From positions 6,696,001-6,760,000 of the forward strand of contig NC_042997.1 of assembly GCF_006345805.1 (NCBI RefSeq): DNA of 64,000 nucleotides. The letters are read 5' to 3'. This stretch comes from Octopus sinensis. Taxonomy: Eukaryota. Numbering within the stretch: the stretch's first letter is position 1; the number at the start of each line of letters is the position of its first letter. Shown here in pieces: positions 24,442 to 39,030 of the stretch. The notes under the pieces were generated by a model that was given only the letters and a program-made list of their open reading frames with translations, was not told where the DNA came from and searched no databases. The position numbers were made by a program, and so were the translations under genes.

Positions 24442-25736
24442 AGAGCGGTGGAACAATCAGCATACATTAAATCAAAGCAGCTTGAGAAATTATCAAATTT
24501 CTTCACTAGAAATAATTTATATGTGTTGACACGTAATGAAAATAGTTTTGGGTTCAAATAAAGTCTAGCAAACACCAGATGAATTTACATTTATCTGAAT
24601 GAAAGGAAAAAAAAAAAACAAAATATTTAGCTTTATGTTCTCAACAGATTCTATGCGATTTCGCATGTTGATATATATTGTGTATAAATAACATGGAATC
24701 CACGACAATAACTAAATTTGGAAGGAAGTAAGAAAATCACTTCACGCAGGAAAATTGAGGGAACTAATCATTCAGCATTCATACACACAACAGTGCACAC
24801 GCGCACACTCACACATATGAATTGAAGAAAACGTGTGGTGTATTCATAACTGTCCTCAATATGGGTTCAATTTCCAGACGTGGCAATATGTTTTGTCTTT
24901 GAGCATGACATTTCATTTTACTCAGTCTATTCTGCTCAGCAGAGAATGAATGCCAGCTTGAAGCGTATACAAATCTTCCTATTTTAGTCTGTCATATCAC
25001 ATGCTGAATGTCACCAGTGTACAAAATTAGGGAGAATAGAAAGTTTGTCTATGCCTGCTCCGCCTACATAGGTACCTAAAAGGGTTCTTGAAGGCACACA
25101 TACACACTCTTATAAATATACATATGTATGTATGTAAATATATATATGTGTGCGTGAGTATGTTAGAATATACCTACAAATGCATATATTTTTGCGCGCG
25201 CCTGTCTGTGTATAGTTTGATATATGCAGTGTTTATGTTACCTATCTCTCAGGTGATCGGGCATTTAAAGCTCTAAATTGATGAGTATGAATAGGTTGAC
25301 ACTAAATCTAGAGCTAAGTTTACATACATTATTGGTTTACGTACATGTAATAAGTTATTTTTTTCCGCGTGGAGCACTTAGAATTTTAATTTTCCATGTA
25401 CAGTGAAAATGAGTATGCTAAGAAAGTGGAATTTAACTCCATAACACTTATGATAAGTGTAATCGACTTCCCTCTCTACCAAACTTAATGGTCTTATTTC
25501 AAAATTTTTAATCAATATTGGTGTTAGCTAGTGTATTTTCTCATACAGATTAATTAAATTATATCATTTTCTTGAGTCTATATACCTATAGCTACAACGT
25601 GTATATATAAATATATATGTAATAAGGTATATATGTACATATATATGAACAGGCAATAATAAATCTCTGAACGAGGTATAAAAAGTAGCTGTACGGCAAT
25701 GTGAAATATATTTGCCACTTAAACGTGTCTAACAAA

Positions 25737-25942
25737 TAAGGGTGGATAATACTGTAGCTTGTAGCCCCAGGAGAACATCTTATCCAGCTTGACACACTTT
25801 CTGTGCCCTATCAGTGTTTGCAAAGGGAAGCAATCATTCCTATTGTCGACCTGACGTGATGCACACGAACCCGGTTTTTCTGTGTATTTACCCGTCGTCA
25901 GCGCACGACAATCACCGGTCCGCGATGCGAAACACTAATTAG
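25737..25942 (-). mobile_element. Diverged copy of the HHR-bearing element at 57333-57563
   Basis: taagggtggat..tactgtag...tagccccaggag...gacacactttctgtg...tttgcaaagggaag is the reverse complement of 57430-57535; carries a degenerate HHR at 25856-25915. Confidence 0.85.
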
Positions 25943-25958
25943 TATATGCATATATATA

Positions 25959-26024
<66 letters not shown>

Positions 26025-27121
26025 TGTGTGTGTGTGTGTGTGTGACAGGGGGTTGTCGTACGGTAAGATTGAGAGAAGGCGTGTTAAAGGAATATAAATA
26101 AATGATGTATATACGCATATGCTTTCTCAAACATATCTATGTTCATGGCAGCAATTGTATAAATTTATGTATTACAGTATATGCAATTGTATTGCGCGTT
26201 ATGACTACGTATATTTTCACCGATTTTCACAAATATACTTATGAATGACTTTGTTCTAATGAAATGTGTTATGCCATATATTACGCACAGGAAAATATGA
26301 GTAATTATATATTAGTAAATTTATGCGGGCACATTATCTTGCCGACATAACATAGCATTTTATTAGATTAAATTCTGAATTTATTCTTAATATTTTGTAT
26401 TGTTTTTATATCATTAAGAAGGCGCCATTCCATTGCTAAAGACACTATGAATGTTGCTCTCACACAGAATATGAAGATATTTTCGTGACAAGAATAAAAC
26501 TACTCAGATTACACGAAAAATTGTATAAAGACATATGGCAATTTCTACTCAAGACACGTAGGCCCTGAAGATATAATTTTCAGAGAGCTACTTGACACTA
26601 GCAACCTACTATATAGTATAAGTATCAAAGGTGATAGCAATTATCAATGAAACCACTTAAATTGTTACATGATGTGAAGTATTCTTCATATCGCGTGCAC
26701 ACACATATGTATAATTTTATATCTTTCTCCTTTTCTCTCTCTTTGTTATGCGTTCTCCCCATCACTCTCTCTCTCTCTAACTGTATAAATAGATATATTT
26801 ATATGTGTATAAATGTGTGCGTATGTGTGAGTATATGTACATGCATCCAACACGATCACAAACATCCCCGCCGCCTACACAAAATCTCACATACACACAT
26901 GTATTTACACACGCATATTCGTATACGTATCTGCAAACACACACATATAAACTCATATACTGATATATATAATAATATAGTTACAAGTTTTTCTTACAAA
27001 TTCTTTTCCTATGATTCTAACTATTTCAACTTAGACATGGATAACTCTTTAATTTGAGATTGTGATGCAAAAAATTTACAAAAAATTCATACAATTACAG
27101 CCGGTGTAAAAGAAATCTATC

Positions 27122-27201
<80 letters not shown>

Positions 27202-27332
27202 ATATACATATATATGTGCATATGTTTATGTATGTATACATATATATGTACATAGGTTTATGTATGTATACATATATATACATGTATATATATATATATA
27301 TATATACGTATGTATGCATGTATGTATGTGTA

Positions 27333-27387
<55 letters not shown>

Positions 27388-27448
27388 TTGTATATGTATG
27401 TGTGTATGTACGCACACACTCACACCCACTGCACAGATTCACACTCTT

Positions 27449-27640
27449 GGTAACAATTTCGGTGCCTGCGGTAAGCCCATTCGACCTAACGTAGTGCTCA
27501 ACTGTTACTACTTATTTCATTAGGCTAAAAAGGACGAATAAAAAATTTCATGTCCGCAGAATTTTGACTCATAATCTAAAGTTTCACAAATGTCGCTAAA
27601 TATTTTGCATGATGTGCTAACGATTTTGTCAGCTAGCCGC
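27449..27640 (-). mobile_element. Highly decayed SINE family B
   Basis: Head revcomp gcggctagctgacaaaatcgttagcac; ttttgactc B-box remnant. Confidence 0.55.
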
Positions 27641-27738
27641 TGTCACACACACACACACTCACAAAATTTACATATATTTTAATATACATATATGTATGTG
27701 TATAGTTTTGTAGATATATATCTCTGTCTATATACACA

Positions 27739-27967
27739 GGCGGCGAGCTGCCAGAAACTTTAGCGCGCCGGGCGAAATGCTTAGCGGTATTTCGTCTGTC
27801 GTTACGATCTGAGTTCAAATTCCGCCGAAGACGACTTTGCCTGTTATCCTCTCGGGGTCGATAAATAAAGTACCAGTTTATCACTGGGTCGATGTAATCG
27901 ACTTAATCCCTTTGTCTGTCCTTGTTTGTCCACTCTATGTTTAGCCCCTTGTGGGTAGTAAAGAAAT
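27739..27967 (+). mobile_element. SINE family B
   Basis: Near full length; matches 10131-10361. Confidence 0.92.
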
Positions 27968-28506
27968 ATATATAAATATATGCACATAAACACGTATGTT
28001 TTGGCCCCATGAAAACTATCTTCATGAACATTCTTACTATATTTTTGCAATCCAGGATTTTCCTTAACTTGTAAAGTATTGATATCATATATTTAGTGTA
28101 ATAGCATTTAGCGTTCTCTACCCTGTACTCAGAGACAAATTCAAATGTCAGTGAAATACCCTACTATAATGTGTTTTCGATAACTTTGTTCATAGAATTA
28201 ATAACGGTTACTGTAAAATCACTAGATATTATGTGGTGTGAGACATGGATAAATAAGTCTTTTCACGAATGTTCGAGTCAATTGTGCAACAGTGAAAGAA
28301 AGAGGAACTAGGTGATGTGTAGAAAGATGAATATCGAGAGTATCGAATGCTGAAGGAGATTAGAATCGATACCGTTGAACAGATGCCTCCATCACAATAA
28401 ACAACGTTATTGCCATTTTATAGGAAACAGCACATCATAGATTCGAAAGACTTATCCAATTAACGTGATAAGTTATCACTCTGTCAATCTCGCTCTCTCA
28501 CTCTCT

Positions 28507-28575
<69 letters not shown>

Positions 28576-29106
28576 ATAAATCATAAACAGGTAATAACAG
28601 CTACATCGAATAGTAATATGAACTACGTAGAACATAATGAGCATCAATATCTTTCCATAATGAATACTTAAAACTATTAGATCAAATCACAATTTTATCT
28701 GATACAAATATTTGTGATTGAAATTTCTTACGAATGTATTGTGCAACTGATGAGTCTGTAGAGATTAAAGCACAAGAATAGACCCATATATTTGATATTC
28801 AAATAATTACCCACATACCCACACACACAAATACACATACAAGCGTACTCACCCCCACTGACACAAAACACACATATTTCCGTTCCCAAATGATACTTCA
28901 CAGATCACTGACAATTTTTCGAAATACAAAATTGTATAGTATTGAAGTGTGTCCTTTCGTTAAAAACAAACAAACAAATACAAAAGAATGACTAATGAGG
29001 GAAATGAGATTCTTCTTGGTACGAATATAATGATTATGACATGCTTTCTGCACAGTTTCCCGGAATGTGTGTATATTGAACATGATAGAGATGTTTAGGT
29101 TTTCGT

Positions 29107-29354
29107 TACTCTTTTATTTGTTTCAGTCATTTGACAGTGGCCATGCTGGAGCACCGCCTTTAGTCGAGCAAAGCGACCCCAGCACTTATTCCTTGTAAGC
29201 CTAGTACGCATTCTATCGGTGTCCTTTGCCCAACCGCTAAGTTACGGGAACGTAAACACACTAGCATCGGTAGTCAACTGATGTTGGGGACACAAACACA
29301 GGCAAATATATACATACATACATACATGTATACATACATACATACATACATACA

Positions 29355-29390
<36 letters not shown>

Positions 29391-29395
29391 TATAT
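29107..29395 (-). mobile_element. SINE family A, 3' half ending in (catA)n
   Basis: gtttcagtcatttgacagtggccatgctggagcaccgcc...; no 5' half found. Confidence 0.88.
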
Positions 29396-31233
29396 AAAGC
29401 TAAATAACGTTGATTAAACTGTAGTAAGTTAAATTGGGGAGCATTTTAGATGAAACATATATTTATTATACAGACTCTCTTGTTAGAGACAGCGATGGAG
29501 AAACATTTAAAAAAATATATTACAATAATTCCTCGCCATATCGCGGTTTGCCAATACTGGTTTATTATTAAAGCTTACGTCGATTCCTCCATGGTATTTT
29601 TTTTTGGCAATTATAATAAATTAAATATATAAAATTATAAATAGAATACAAAAATATATAATGTACCGTATTATATCTATTTCGAGGACTTTCACCTTTC
29701 GCGGCGTGGGGTGGGGGATGGAACGTAATACGCGCGATAGTCGTGGCAATTACTGTATTCCGATTGAGCCCAGTTCGTATGTGAAATTTATGTAAAAGTG
29801 TCTGCGTTACTGCTTTCTATATTCATCATCGGAACAACTTATCACTTTATGTTTGGATTCGTCTTGTTTATCCGAAGATCTTAGCAACTGAGCAGTTTTC
29901 GCTGAGGAGAACATATAAAATCGAAAAATATTAGTTGTTCTCACCGGCTGTCTTTTAAATCAAGTTGAACTGCCGTAAATTTTCGATTGTAAACATATAT
30001 AGAATGATATTTATCTCCAAATGTTAACCATTATCTCTATTAAGAGATTTATTTTTCAAATCACCATATCATAATCATTTATATGAATATTTAGAGTGAA
30101 GGTAAATGTTTTGCAACATTATGGAGTACATTATACCAAGAACAATCAGATATAACAAAATATTCATGAAAAAAAAAATTAGAATATGTTTCCTTATGTT
30201 ATAGTGAAGCATTACAACAAGTTAGGTATAAGTACATACATACACGCATATTCACACAAACTCACACAGACATGTACACACTAATACATACTATGTATAT
30301 GTGAGTGTATTTTTTGTTTGCGTGTGTAATGATACGTAGTAATGAACACATTCACAAACTCATACATATGTAATGATATATATGTTAGGCTGAAGCTGTG
30401 CGTTTCCGTGTTATTTATATCAGTTGTGTGCGTAAAAATGTATATTTGAATAGGTTTCTTCCAATAACGCAAGCTGAATTATACTTAGACATTTATGTAT
30501 ACAATAATATTACAGCATTGCATCTTGTTCCATTTGTCCTGTTTACAGGGAAGGAAATTTGTCAAAACTCGAATACAATCCCATCTGAAATTCTCCATTG
30601 ATTGAATTGTTGGTCAGTTGGAGTAAGTTACAATAGGAGCCTGATTGACAAAGCCACCTCAAGATGACTTTCTCTACTAGATAAATACAACTTCGCAATT
30701 GATTGAAATGTCGAGCAATCTCTGACACGAATGAGATTTGAATAAAATGTCGATTTACCCACCCTTCTGAATACGTTAATCCAACACGTCTCTATTTGTG
30801 GATATTACTTTCTTTTGAATCACTTATGTGTTACTAATCCGATTTTCGAATATAGTCTGAAAGTTTTGCTACAAGACGATTTTAAAGCGGACAGTAGATT
30901 ATAAGAAAAGAACCTTATTCAGTTAATAATAACGATATACCTTCATACAAGCGCACGTGCAACCGAAAGCCTATACGTAGATACTTATAGAAAAGTTAAA
31001 TACAAGTAATCATATATATACTCATACATATATACATCGTTCACACATACACACATACATGCGTATATATATATGCACACATACTTCCGAACATACATAT
31101 GAACATATATTTATATAATTGTATTTGATAAAAATATGCAAAGTGACTAAATGTACGAGAGTTTCATGCATTGGAAATAATCAAAATTTTATATACATAC
31201 ATATATGTGAGTGTGTATATATGCAAATATATG

Positions 31234-31275
<42 letters not shown>

Positions 31276-31278
<3 letters not shown>

Positions 31279-31515
31279 TAAGCAATAAAGGGTTTAGCAA
31301 CGAATTGCCTTACCACATACCAAATTTAGAAATAGCAGTCAAAGAGTTATAGCTATTTCTTCTACTAAAAAGGGAGATCTCAGTAAAAATAGCAATTGCT
31401 GTTTTTACTGAGATCTCCATTTTTAGTAGAAGAAATAGCTATAACTCTTTGACTGCTATTTCTAAATTCGGTATGTGGTAAGGCAATTCGTTGCTAAACC
31501 CTTTATTGCTTAGTA
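31276..31515. mobile_element. 240-bp spacerless palindrome (foldback MITE, TA at both ends)
   Basis: 120-bp arms centred at 31395/31396 (agcaa|ttgct), three mismatches by eye. Confidence 0.9.
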
Positions 31516-31618
31516 TTACTTAAATTTTCGTCGAATGAGGCTTTTACATGCCGAAGACTACTTGGTGTAATTGATAATTATTCCAAATTAATTAATTTCA
31601 CCCTTCATTATTACGGAT

Positions 31619-31745
<127 letters not shown>

Positions 31746-32174
31746 AAACCTTTTAGTGCATAGGAATACATGCCCATATATTTATCGATAACTATCTATG
31801 TATCGATATATCTTATATATAATTACATATGTCTGTGTATATGTGTATACATACGAGTGCATGTGTATTTGTGTGTTTGTGTTTGTGAGTGGGAGTGCAT
31901 ACATTCATATTGATGTGTACTTATGTATGCTTTTCTGCGTCTGTTTATGCACACACTAACACGTGCATCGCATACACACACATAGGAATACACTTAACAC
32001 TAATGCACTGAGATAATCCTAAGACGACCTAAGGACATATAGGATGTTTATTCTCATGTAATGAGTTCTAGTCATAATAATTATCATATAAAAGCAAAAT
32101 ACAATTTACATAATGTATAATTAATAATATATAAAATATCAAATGCGTTTGTACATGTAGATAGAATATAGTAG

Positions 32175-32563
32175 GTGGAGGCGCAAGGGCCCAGTGGTTA
32201 GGGCAGCGGACTCGCGGTCGTAGGATCGCGGTTTCGATTTCCAGACCGGGCGTTGTGAGTGTTTATTGAGCGAAAAGACCTAAAGCTCCACGAGGCTCCG
32301 GCAGGGGATGGCGGTGATCCCTGCTGTTCTCTTTCACCACAAATTTCTCTCACTCTTACTTCCTGTTTTAGTTTTACATGTAGTTCAAAAGGCCGGCCTT
32401 GTCACTCTCTGTGTCACGCTGAATATCCCCGAGAAATACGTTAAGGGTACACGTGTCTGTGGAGTGCTCAGCCACTTACATGTTAATTTCACGAGCAGGC
32501 TGTTCTGTTGATCGGATAATCCGGAACACTCGTCGTCGTAACCGACGGAGTGCTTCCATCAAA
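32175..32563 (+). mobile_element. tRNA-derived SINE family C, 10-bp TSD
   Basis: A box ggcccagtggttag and B box ggtttcgatttcc; TSD aatatagtag at 32165-32174 and 32564-32573. Confidence 0.9.
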
Positions 32564-32700
32564 AATATAGTAGAGAGTAAATGAGTGTGTACCTCTGTCT
32601 CCATTTGTGTGCAAGCACACTCATAAAATTACACAAACACGAATACGCGCACACACATATATGTATGTATATATATATATATATATACACATTTATATAA

Positions 32701-32808
32701 ATACATATTAGAGGGAAACCACTATGTCGTCACCAGATCTGCTAAGACCATAGCGGATCTATTTCTCGCATAAGAGTGTCCACATTGTAGTTTCCCTCTA
32801 ATATGTAT
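32701..32808. repeat. Short foldback element with 19-bp terminal inverted repeats
   Basis: atacatattagagggaaac (32701-32719) and gtttccctctaatatgtat (32790-32808). Confidence 0.75.
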
Positions 32809-33255
32809 ATCATACAATTTTACTGAACCTTCAGTTTATTTTATATGTTAGACCACTGGGGTGAAATCGATGTTAATTTAATATCTAATTTCTCAGACAT
32901 ATTTTAAATATATATATACTGTTGTGTCTGGGGACAATCATTCTCTTTTCGTGACTTTTGATTTAACACACAAACCGGTAAAATTTCCACTGATTTATCT
33001 ATATATTTTTCCAAAATTGTCGTTGCGTCATGTAAGCTGTACCTTATTCACGCTGCGCTTTTTGTTTGTTTCATTGTGCGCATGTGCCTGAGTCAGAGTG
33101 TACGCGTATACACATGTATGTATGTATGCATGTATGTGAGTGTGTGTATGCATGTGTGTATGCGTGTTTTATGCGTATTTGTGTGTATACCTCTATTTCC
33201 ATTTGTGTGCAAGCACACTCATAAAAGTACACAAACACGAATACGCGCACACACA

Positions 33256-33331
<76 letters not shown>

Positions 33332-33396
33332 AGTATGTATGCATATGTATCAGGATGTGTATGTATGTTTGTGCATCTGTATTTATGTGTGTGAGT

Positions 33397-33825
33397 GTGT
33401 CCGCGTGCCCCTTTGTTCATCATGGTGTGCACAACACAAGACGGGATTCCTCTAAGACCACAACCGTGCTCTAACGGAAACTAGTGTTTACTTTGAAGGA
33501 CTTGTATGCAACTAAACACACATAAACAGTGTGTGTGCGCGTATGTATTATATATATATATATTTATCCCTTTACCGTCTTCTAATCGATCTATCTCTCC
33601 ATATAGCTATATACATTCATACATATATACCCATACACACAAACACACACACACACACATACACATACGCACGTGTGTGTGTCTGTGTTTGTGTGTGCGA
33701 TTGTGCGTCCGCTCGTGCCCGTTTGGTCATTATGGTGCACAACACAAGGCAGGGTTTCTCTAAGACCACTGCCGTCTTCTAACGGAAACTAATGTGTCCT
33801 TGGAAGGACTTGTATGGAACTAAAC
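33397..33825 (+). repeat. Diverged about 120-bp direct repeat pair (33397-33518 and 33703-33825)
   Basis: Shared cacaacacaag...ctctaagaccac...ctaacggaaacta...gaaggacttgtatg.aactaaaca. Confidence 0.85.
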
Positions 33826-35661
33826 AGACCGAGAAATAGACACACACACACGCATATATGAATGTATGTGTGTGTGTGTATATAAGTGTGAAGATGAAAG
33901 TGAAACAATTATGGTCCCAGGAATACCCAGAAGGTATCGTGTAAACGCAAAGTATGTGCTATGGATAGGCCATGGTTAAGCTCCAGGCTCGATAATGATA
34001 CGAGTGAAGAGTCCAACTTGGGTCATAATACGCGTGAGAGTGTTTCTGTTGCGAAAAGTCTATTACGTATAAACTATGCACAGAAATATCACCCATACTT
34101 GCCAAAATTAGTTTAAAGCAATATGTTTCATTAGGATAATGTTTTTTTTTTCTACTGAGTGTATTTTAATTGATTAGATTTTTATTTCCTCAATATATTT
34201 TATATTATACATTATCGAGACATTTAGGTGTGGTGAAGATAGTATCAATAGATCAATAGATTATTGCCTTCGATTTTACATATATTCGTAGCACCCTCTA
34301 GTGTATTTTATTGCATGAACAAAATGATCTTTAATCACTAAACTTGTGAGTATGCAGATAGCTAAGCTTTGTTGAGAAAAGTCAAGAATATGGCTAAAAT
34401 ATGCCCTGCAGGTTTTGCTCGTACTTGTTACTCTAAGATAAAATAATTAATATTAGTCATTTACGCACAGCATTTTCTCCTTACAGCATGAGAATAAATT
34501 AATTACATTTAGCTTTATTGCATTATCATATAGGATACATATATTGCAATGTTGTTATATTCATCGATCTCTTACCGGACGATAGAATGCAGCGAAAATA
34601 TGTAACAAACATGAAGCTGTAGATAGTGGTCTCCTCACATTATTTGTTACCTTGGTTAATATCAGAAAATCGATATATGTTATTCATTGTGGCTTCCGTC
34701 ATGTTCACATATTTCTAAGCAACACCAAGACGTTTGTTACACACTCATGCATACATGCAAACACAATAATACACACACAAACCAAAAAGCACCACCACAT
34801 ACATTTATATGTATATATATACTTACACAAATATCGTAACATTTACGCAAGCACGGAGACACAACCTCAAACATATGCATACATATACATATATACATAT
34901 ATACACACACATATGCAAGCATGTGCGCATCTCACAACTTGCCATAGTGAACTAATTACATTCCATTTTAATTAAAAATACATTGAACATCAATGAATTT
35001 GACCGCAAGGAAATTACGTGGTCACAACGCTATTTATAAATAAAATAGAATAAAAAAGGACGAAACAAAATACATTTTCCTCCTAAATGATTGTTTCATT
35101 AACTTCAGTTTCAACCAAATATTTTCAATTCAGTTTTTTAACACCATCTCAAAATATGTCAATAGGTGTGCCTATATATGTGCGCGCGCACACACATGCC
35201 TATATATCTACGTATGTATGTGCATAAGTCTCTACATGATTTTGTCCATTGGTATGTCTATGACATATATACAGCTTTGTGTATTCATTTGTAGGCTTGA
35301 ATCGTCTTGATTCATTATTGGAGTATAGTTTCCTCAAATACACTTTGGTAAGAATTAACATTTGTACATTATATGTCGACAATCCGTCGTAGTTGTTACT
35401 CTGAAAGTTACACTCAGAGATTGACACACAAACTCACACGTATAACAATACTTTTTTTTATTTTTACGTTAATAACAAATTTTCGAAGAATTTTCGCTTT
35501 TATTAGTGTCAAGTTGTGTGATATTCTTAATTACTTTAATAATCTGTAGTGAAAAGTGCATAGCTATTATTTGAGACATTTCAATTTCTTAGGGCTAATA
35601 AATATCATATATTGGTTACAGTTTCTATGCATATGGAAGTAAATATTTCATACTCGCTTTA

Positions 35662-35909
35662 TCGGGTTGGTGCATAATTATTTAGGCTTTTTTCAACAAA
35701 TTTTACTCAACAAAAGCAAGAACAATATTTAACAAAAACATCTTTAAATGACGGCCGGACCGTCTTCCAAGCAGATGGGAAGCAGTAAAAGTAGTAGATG
35801 GTGAATATGCTATGGAATATTCCTTTTAAGATGTTTTTTGTTACATGTTATTGTTTTTGTTGAATAAGATATCTTGATAAAAAGCTGCAGAAATTATGCA
35901 CCAACCAAA
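35662..35909 (+). mobile_element. Mariner-derived MITE retaining the transposase C-terminus, TA TSD
   Basis: TIRs tcgggttggtgcataatt and aattatgcaccaaccaaa (Hsmar1/MADE1-like). Internal DRLPSRWEAVKVVDGEY. TA at 35660 and 35910. Confidence 0.85.
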
Positions 35910-36349
35910 TATAGATATATGCAAGAAAGATTTATGCATAAATATTTACACACACACAAACGAACACATACAGAGATACACACAGACACGCATACAAACA
36001 ATCATACGTTGCACGCGCACATATATAAAATACACGCAAGTCACTTAAATTTTCAGCTCGTCAAAAGCAATGTTCCAGTAGAAAGTATAATTGACTGTTT
36101 CGTATTTCAAAAGGTTGTGGCTTCAATACTAGACGCTCCTTTTCGACTGGTGGGTTATAAATATGTAAATAAATTGTAAAGATATATAACAATTTATTTA
36201 AACTCATATATTACTAGTTCTACTGTTGTACGTCAGTAAAGCAATCAACTTTAATTGTGGTTATTAACCACGCTCCGATTATTTAAAATATCATCTTGCC
36301 TGAATTATCGTGGTCAATGAGACATAAATTGTTCACTGACACTTCGATA

Positions 36350-36720
<371 letters not shown>

Positions 36721-37525
36721 TACATTTCAGCCAACTGTTAGCGAGTGTATATGTGAGTAATGTGTGGACGTTTGTATTTTTGCCTGTAGGATTTGGAAAA
36801 AAAAATTAGCGTGTAAGGTTAATTAAAAACAAAGTTGATTGATTTATGCTTTCACAATCTGTATAAAGTTGATGCAAAGAATAATTTTTAAAAGTGTTCT
36901 CAATATTTCTGAATAAGATGAGATCATAAATATTCAATTAAATTGAAACTCACATATAGATTACTAAAAATTCATACTTATATAGTCGACCACCAGACTA
37001 TCACAATGATTTATATTTCTTCACAATTTTGGAATTGTGCGCTTAGGAATTGAGGCAGATTCTTGCTCTTAATATTTTGTGCCAAGCAGATGTTAGACTA
37101 CTTTTACTTTCCTTTTTGTCGTTATACCCATGATAGAAAATCTACTACGTTACAGGATCGAAAATATTTTGTAAATTGGTTTAGTTGTATTTGTTATGTT
37201 ATTTGGTGTGCTGTAGATACTATTGGAAGGACTGTTAACAGACTCATCTCTCCAGCACAGACTTCACAGTTATATTTTTCCTATCTTCATGTTGCACCTG
37301 AAGAGCCAATTCAGATTATTGTTTGCGATACAGGTACCAGTAAAGTTCAAGACGGTTACGTGGGATTAACGAATAGGGTCCAAAGTAAAAAGAAAACTAA
37401 CCATATGATGAATATATATTATCGGAAATTGACTTGTATTCAACTGATCACCAAAACATTTAAAAAGTATACAGTTGTTCACACACACACGCACTCACAC
37501 ACACACACACACAAACACACACATA

Positions 37526-37570
<45 letters not shown>

Positions 37571-38546
37571 GCACTCTTATATGCAAGTATACTGCTTATA
37601 CCGTAGTCGTTTATAGAAAGAAAGGAAGACACATTTTATTTGACACATGATATGACTAATCAGAATATACGTTGTTTGTTGCATGGATGGCATGCAAAAA
37701 ATAATATTTTGTGGTACAGGTACAAATATTTCGCAGATTACTATGTCTATTCTTTCATGTTATGATTGTTTACTAAGAGATTGATGCATTTGAAATGACA
37801 GAAAGCAGGCATAACACTTCGACAAAGTTTCTGTTTATAAATTTCTATCACACTTGTTGAGTAAGAAATATACTAATAAATATGGCGAAATATGAATGTG
37901 GTGACTAGCGCTGAAATCAACATGGATAGTCTCTTCGCATGCTTGTAGTTTGAGGAATGACAAATGGAGAAAATACATTTCTCTCTTCGGAAAGGTAATG
38001 TTACCTCTGGTATTCTAGTCTACGTTGATATACTCTGATGTCAGACTTTCTCTAAGAATATTATTAGAATTTGCATGATGTATATATATATATATATATA
38101 TATCATTATGTTCATTTCCTTTTATTCGGTTTCTGTGTAAATCCATAAACATCTTGTATGTTTCTTTGTTATGACCATCAGTACTAGCAATTGTGGAAAC
38201 AGAATTAAATATTTCTTGTTTAGACATATGTAACCCTAATGAAACACATGAACACCTATTGCATTTTTTCAGGCTGATGTTCACTGACAACGGATGATAG
38301 TGGTAGTTGAATCAATCATTTTATAAAAATACTATTTGGTCTAGTACTGTGTATATTTGGCGGTTTAACTTCAATTAGTTAAAACAGAAGACAAATTCCA
38401 TCATTTATATTTGAAAAAGGGCAGCATTCATGTTTCAGCTCCGTATTTTACTTTACTCGCAACGTAATGTACTAACGGTGGTCGGTATCAGTATCACTGT
38501 CTAAAAATATCGACGAATAAATGTGATTTTGCAACAGAAATATCAG

Positions 38547-38694
38547 TTGTAGTAGTAGCAGCAGCAGCAACAGCAGTAGTAGTAGTAACAGCAGAAGCTG
38601 CAGTTGCAGCAACAGCAGCAGTTGTAGTAGTAGTCACCGCAGCAGCAGCTGCAGTAGTAGTAGTAGTAGTAGTATTAGTAACAGCAGCAGCTGC

Positions 38695-38728
<34 letters not shown>

Positions 38729-38956
38729 ACAGCAGCAGCTGCAGTAGTAGTTGCAGCAACAGCAGCAGTGGTAGTAGTTGTAGAAGTGGTATTAGTAGTA
38801 GTGGTAATAGTAGTAAATGTAGTAGTGGTTGTAGTAGTAGTAGTGGCAGCAACATCAGTTGTGGCAGCAGTAGTAGTAGTTGTAGTAGTAGTAGTTGCCG
38901 TTTTTGTTGTAGTATTCGTAGTAGTTGTTATTGTAGTAGTAGTAGTATTTGTCGTT

Positions 38957-39016
<60 letters not shown>

Positions 39017-39030
39017 ACAGTTGTTGTAGG
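38547..39030. repeat. Compound (gta/gca/gtt) trinucleotide microsatellite
   Basis: Direct reading; explains the poly-L/V/Y ORFs. Confidence 0.97.

Noticed and set aside
28741-28780. ctgatgagtc hammerhead-like seed with tgtgc/gcaca flanks
   Set aside because: No GAAA and no stem III.
29690-30760. Mildly GC-richer stretches that may be old transposon remnants
   Set aside because: No TIR, TSD or protein motif could be recognised by eye.
32175-32250. tRNA-like sequences at SINE heads (also 10560-10636, 27739-27820, 52776-52850)
   Set aside because: No complete cloverleaf and they continue into SINE bodies; not tRNA genes.
33440-33490. ccgt...acggaaactagt in the duplicated 120-bp unit
   Set aside because: No CUGANGA adjacent to the stem; not a hammerhead.
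37063-37650. 195-aa ORF
   Set aside because: TTG start, no domain, and it runs through a (CA)n tract; likely chance.
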